In this document: positions 14,766 to 15,491 of the stretch, one piece after another | Position numbering within the stretch: the stretch's first letter is position 1 | How the letters are laid out: each line of letters starts with the position of its first letter | Assembly (NCBI GenBank): GCA_963725665.1 | Contig: CAVRZA010000012.1 | Span: 1-15,491 of the forward strand | Length of the DNA stretch: 15,491 nt | Reading direction: 5' to 3' | From: an uncultured Actinomycetes bacterium | Lineage (GTDB): Bacteria; Actinomycetota; Thermoleophilia; UBA2241 | Notes under the pieces: model-generated | Databases searched by the model: none | What the model was told of the DNA's origin: nothing | The model's input: only the letters and a program-made list of their open reading frames with translations | Translations under genes and position numbers: made by a program

Positions 14766-14793
14766 GCGCGGCGAGGCGAAGGCCTCGCCGCGC
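14766..14793. terminator. Perfect 12-bp GC hairpin between convergent genes; candidate bidirectional terminator
   Basis: gcgcggcgaggc-gaag-gcctcgccgcgc. There is no U-tract, as is common in high-GC bacteria. It lies between the stops at 14735 (+) and 14848 (-). Confidence 0.6.
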
Positions 14794-14847
14794 CCCGGGT
14801 CGAAGCCGACGTCCAGCGTCACCCCGCCCGGCGCCGGGGCGGCGTCG

Positions 14848-15201
14848 TCAGCAGGTGATATGAAGGACGGCCCGGGCCTCCTTCGCCTGTGCCTCTCCGA
14901 GCAGCCGTAACGCCTGCTCGGTGGGCAGCGCGACGATCTCGATGCCGCGTCGCTCGGCCTCCGCCCACACCTCTGGCATGATCGGCAGGCTGCCGTTGGC
15001 ACCGGTCCCCACGATCAAGCGCTTGCCGCCCCAAGGGATCACCTCATCGACGGAGAGCGGGGTGTGGCCATAGCGGTCACGGTAGGCCTTGGAGCGCTTC
15101 TTGCTTCGCTTCTCGACCCGGCCCGCGTCGATCACCACGTCGTTGATGTAGCGGTGGCCGTCGATCTCGATCTCACCGAACTCGATCCAGCGCGCTTTCA
15201 T
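14848..15201 (-). CDS. Mth938-like (DUF498/598, AAMDC-like) domain protein
   Basis: FGEIEIDG..Y..DVVI, LIVGTGANG.L, PTEQA and C-terminal LHITC. RBS aggaggtg precedes GTG 15204/ATG 15201. Confidence 0.88.
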   Translation of the reverse strand: MKARWIEFGEIEIDGHRYINDVVIDAGRVEKRSKKRSKAYRDRYGHTPLSVDEVIPWGGKRLIVGTGANGSLPIMPEVWAEAERRGIEIVALPTEQALRLLGEAQAKEARAVLHITC

Positions 15202-15284
15202 CACCCACCTCCTGCGGGCGCGTTGTTGCACCCGTACCGGAGTGTTCCCGCAGCGGCCAGAGTGCTGCGCCGGCGGCTGCCTGG

Positions 15285-15491
15285 CTATGCCAGGCCCAGC
15301 CGGCGCAGGTCGTCCTCGTCGAGGCCGAAGTAGTGCGCGGTCTCGTGGATGACGGTGACGCGGATCTGCTCGGCGATGTCCTCGGGCCGGCCGGCGTAGC
15401 GCTCGATGTTACGCCGGAAGAGCAGGATCACGCCGCTCGCCGGACGACCTAGCGTCGAGCCGTGCGGCAGGGGGATACCGGTGAAGAGGCC
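15285..15491 (-). CDS. Minimal zincin-like metalloprotease (Zincin_1/DUF1025), 3' part; missing from the ORF track
   Basis: Manual translation: GLFTGIPLPHGSTLGRPASGVILLFRRNIERYAGRPEDIAEQIRVTVIHETAHYFGLDEDDLRRLGLA*. It contains the HExxHxxG motif. TAG at 15287-15285. Confidence 0.88.
   Translation of the reverse strand, partial: GLFTGIPLPHGSTLGRPASGVILLFRRNIERYAGRPEDIAEQIRVTVIHETAHYFGLDEDDLRRLGLA

Overview
High-GC bacterial DNA. The codon style suggests Actinomycetota, but the taxon is not determinable from this window. Positions 1-10357 form one tightly coupled + strand operon that enters from outside the window. In order it encodes: a UbiD-family (de)carboxylase (3' part), a PreA-like FMN/[4Fe-4S] reductase, a three-subunit xanthine-oxidase-family molybdoenzyme (FAD, 2Fe-2S and Mo subunits), the selenium-dependent molybdenum hydroxylase accessory set (YqeC, MocA, XdhC, YqeB), an M29/aminopeptidase-T-like metallohydrolase, and a cupin split by a frameshift. 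The catalytic residues of the Mo enzyme and the PreA-like enzyme are intact, but their substrate-recognition motifs differ from xanthine dehydrogenase, CO dehydrogenase, 4-hydroxybenzoyl-CoA reductase and uracil reductase. This points to an uncharacterised, probably anaerobic and Se-dependent pathway for breaking down a carboxylated (hetero)aromatic compound. Downstream are a lipoprotein, a long M20 deacylase divergent from an SDR across a compact bidirectional promoter, a membrane-anchored hypothetical protein, an ABM-like protein, an Mth938-like protein and the 3' end of a minimal zincin. No RNA genes, CRISPR arrays or mobile elements were seen.
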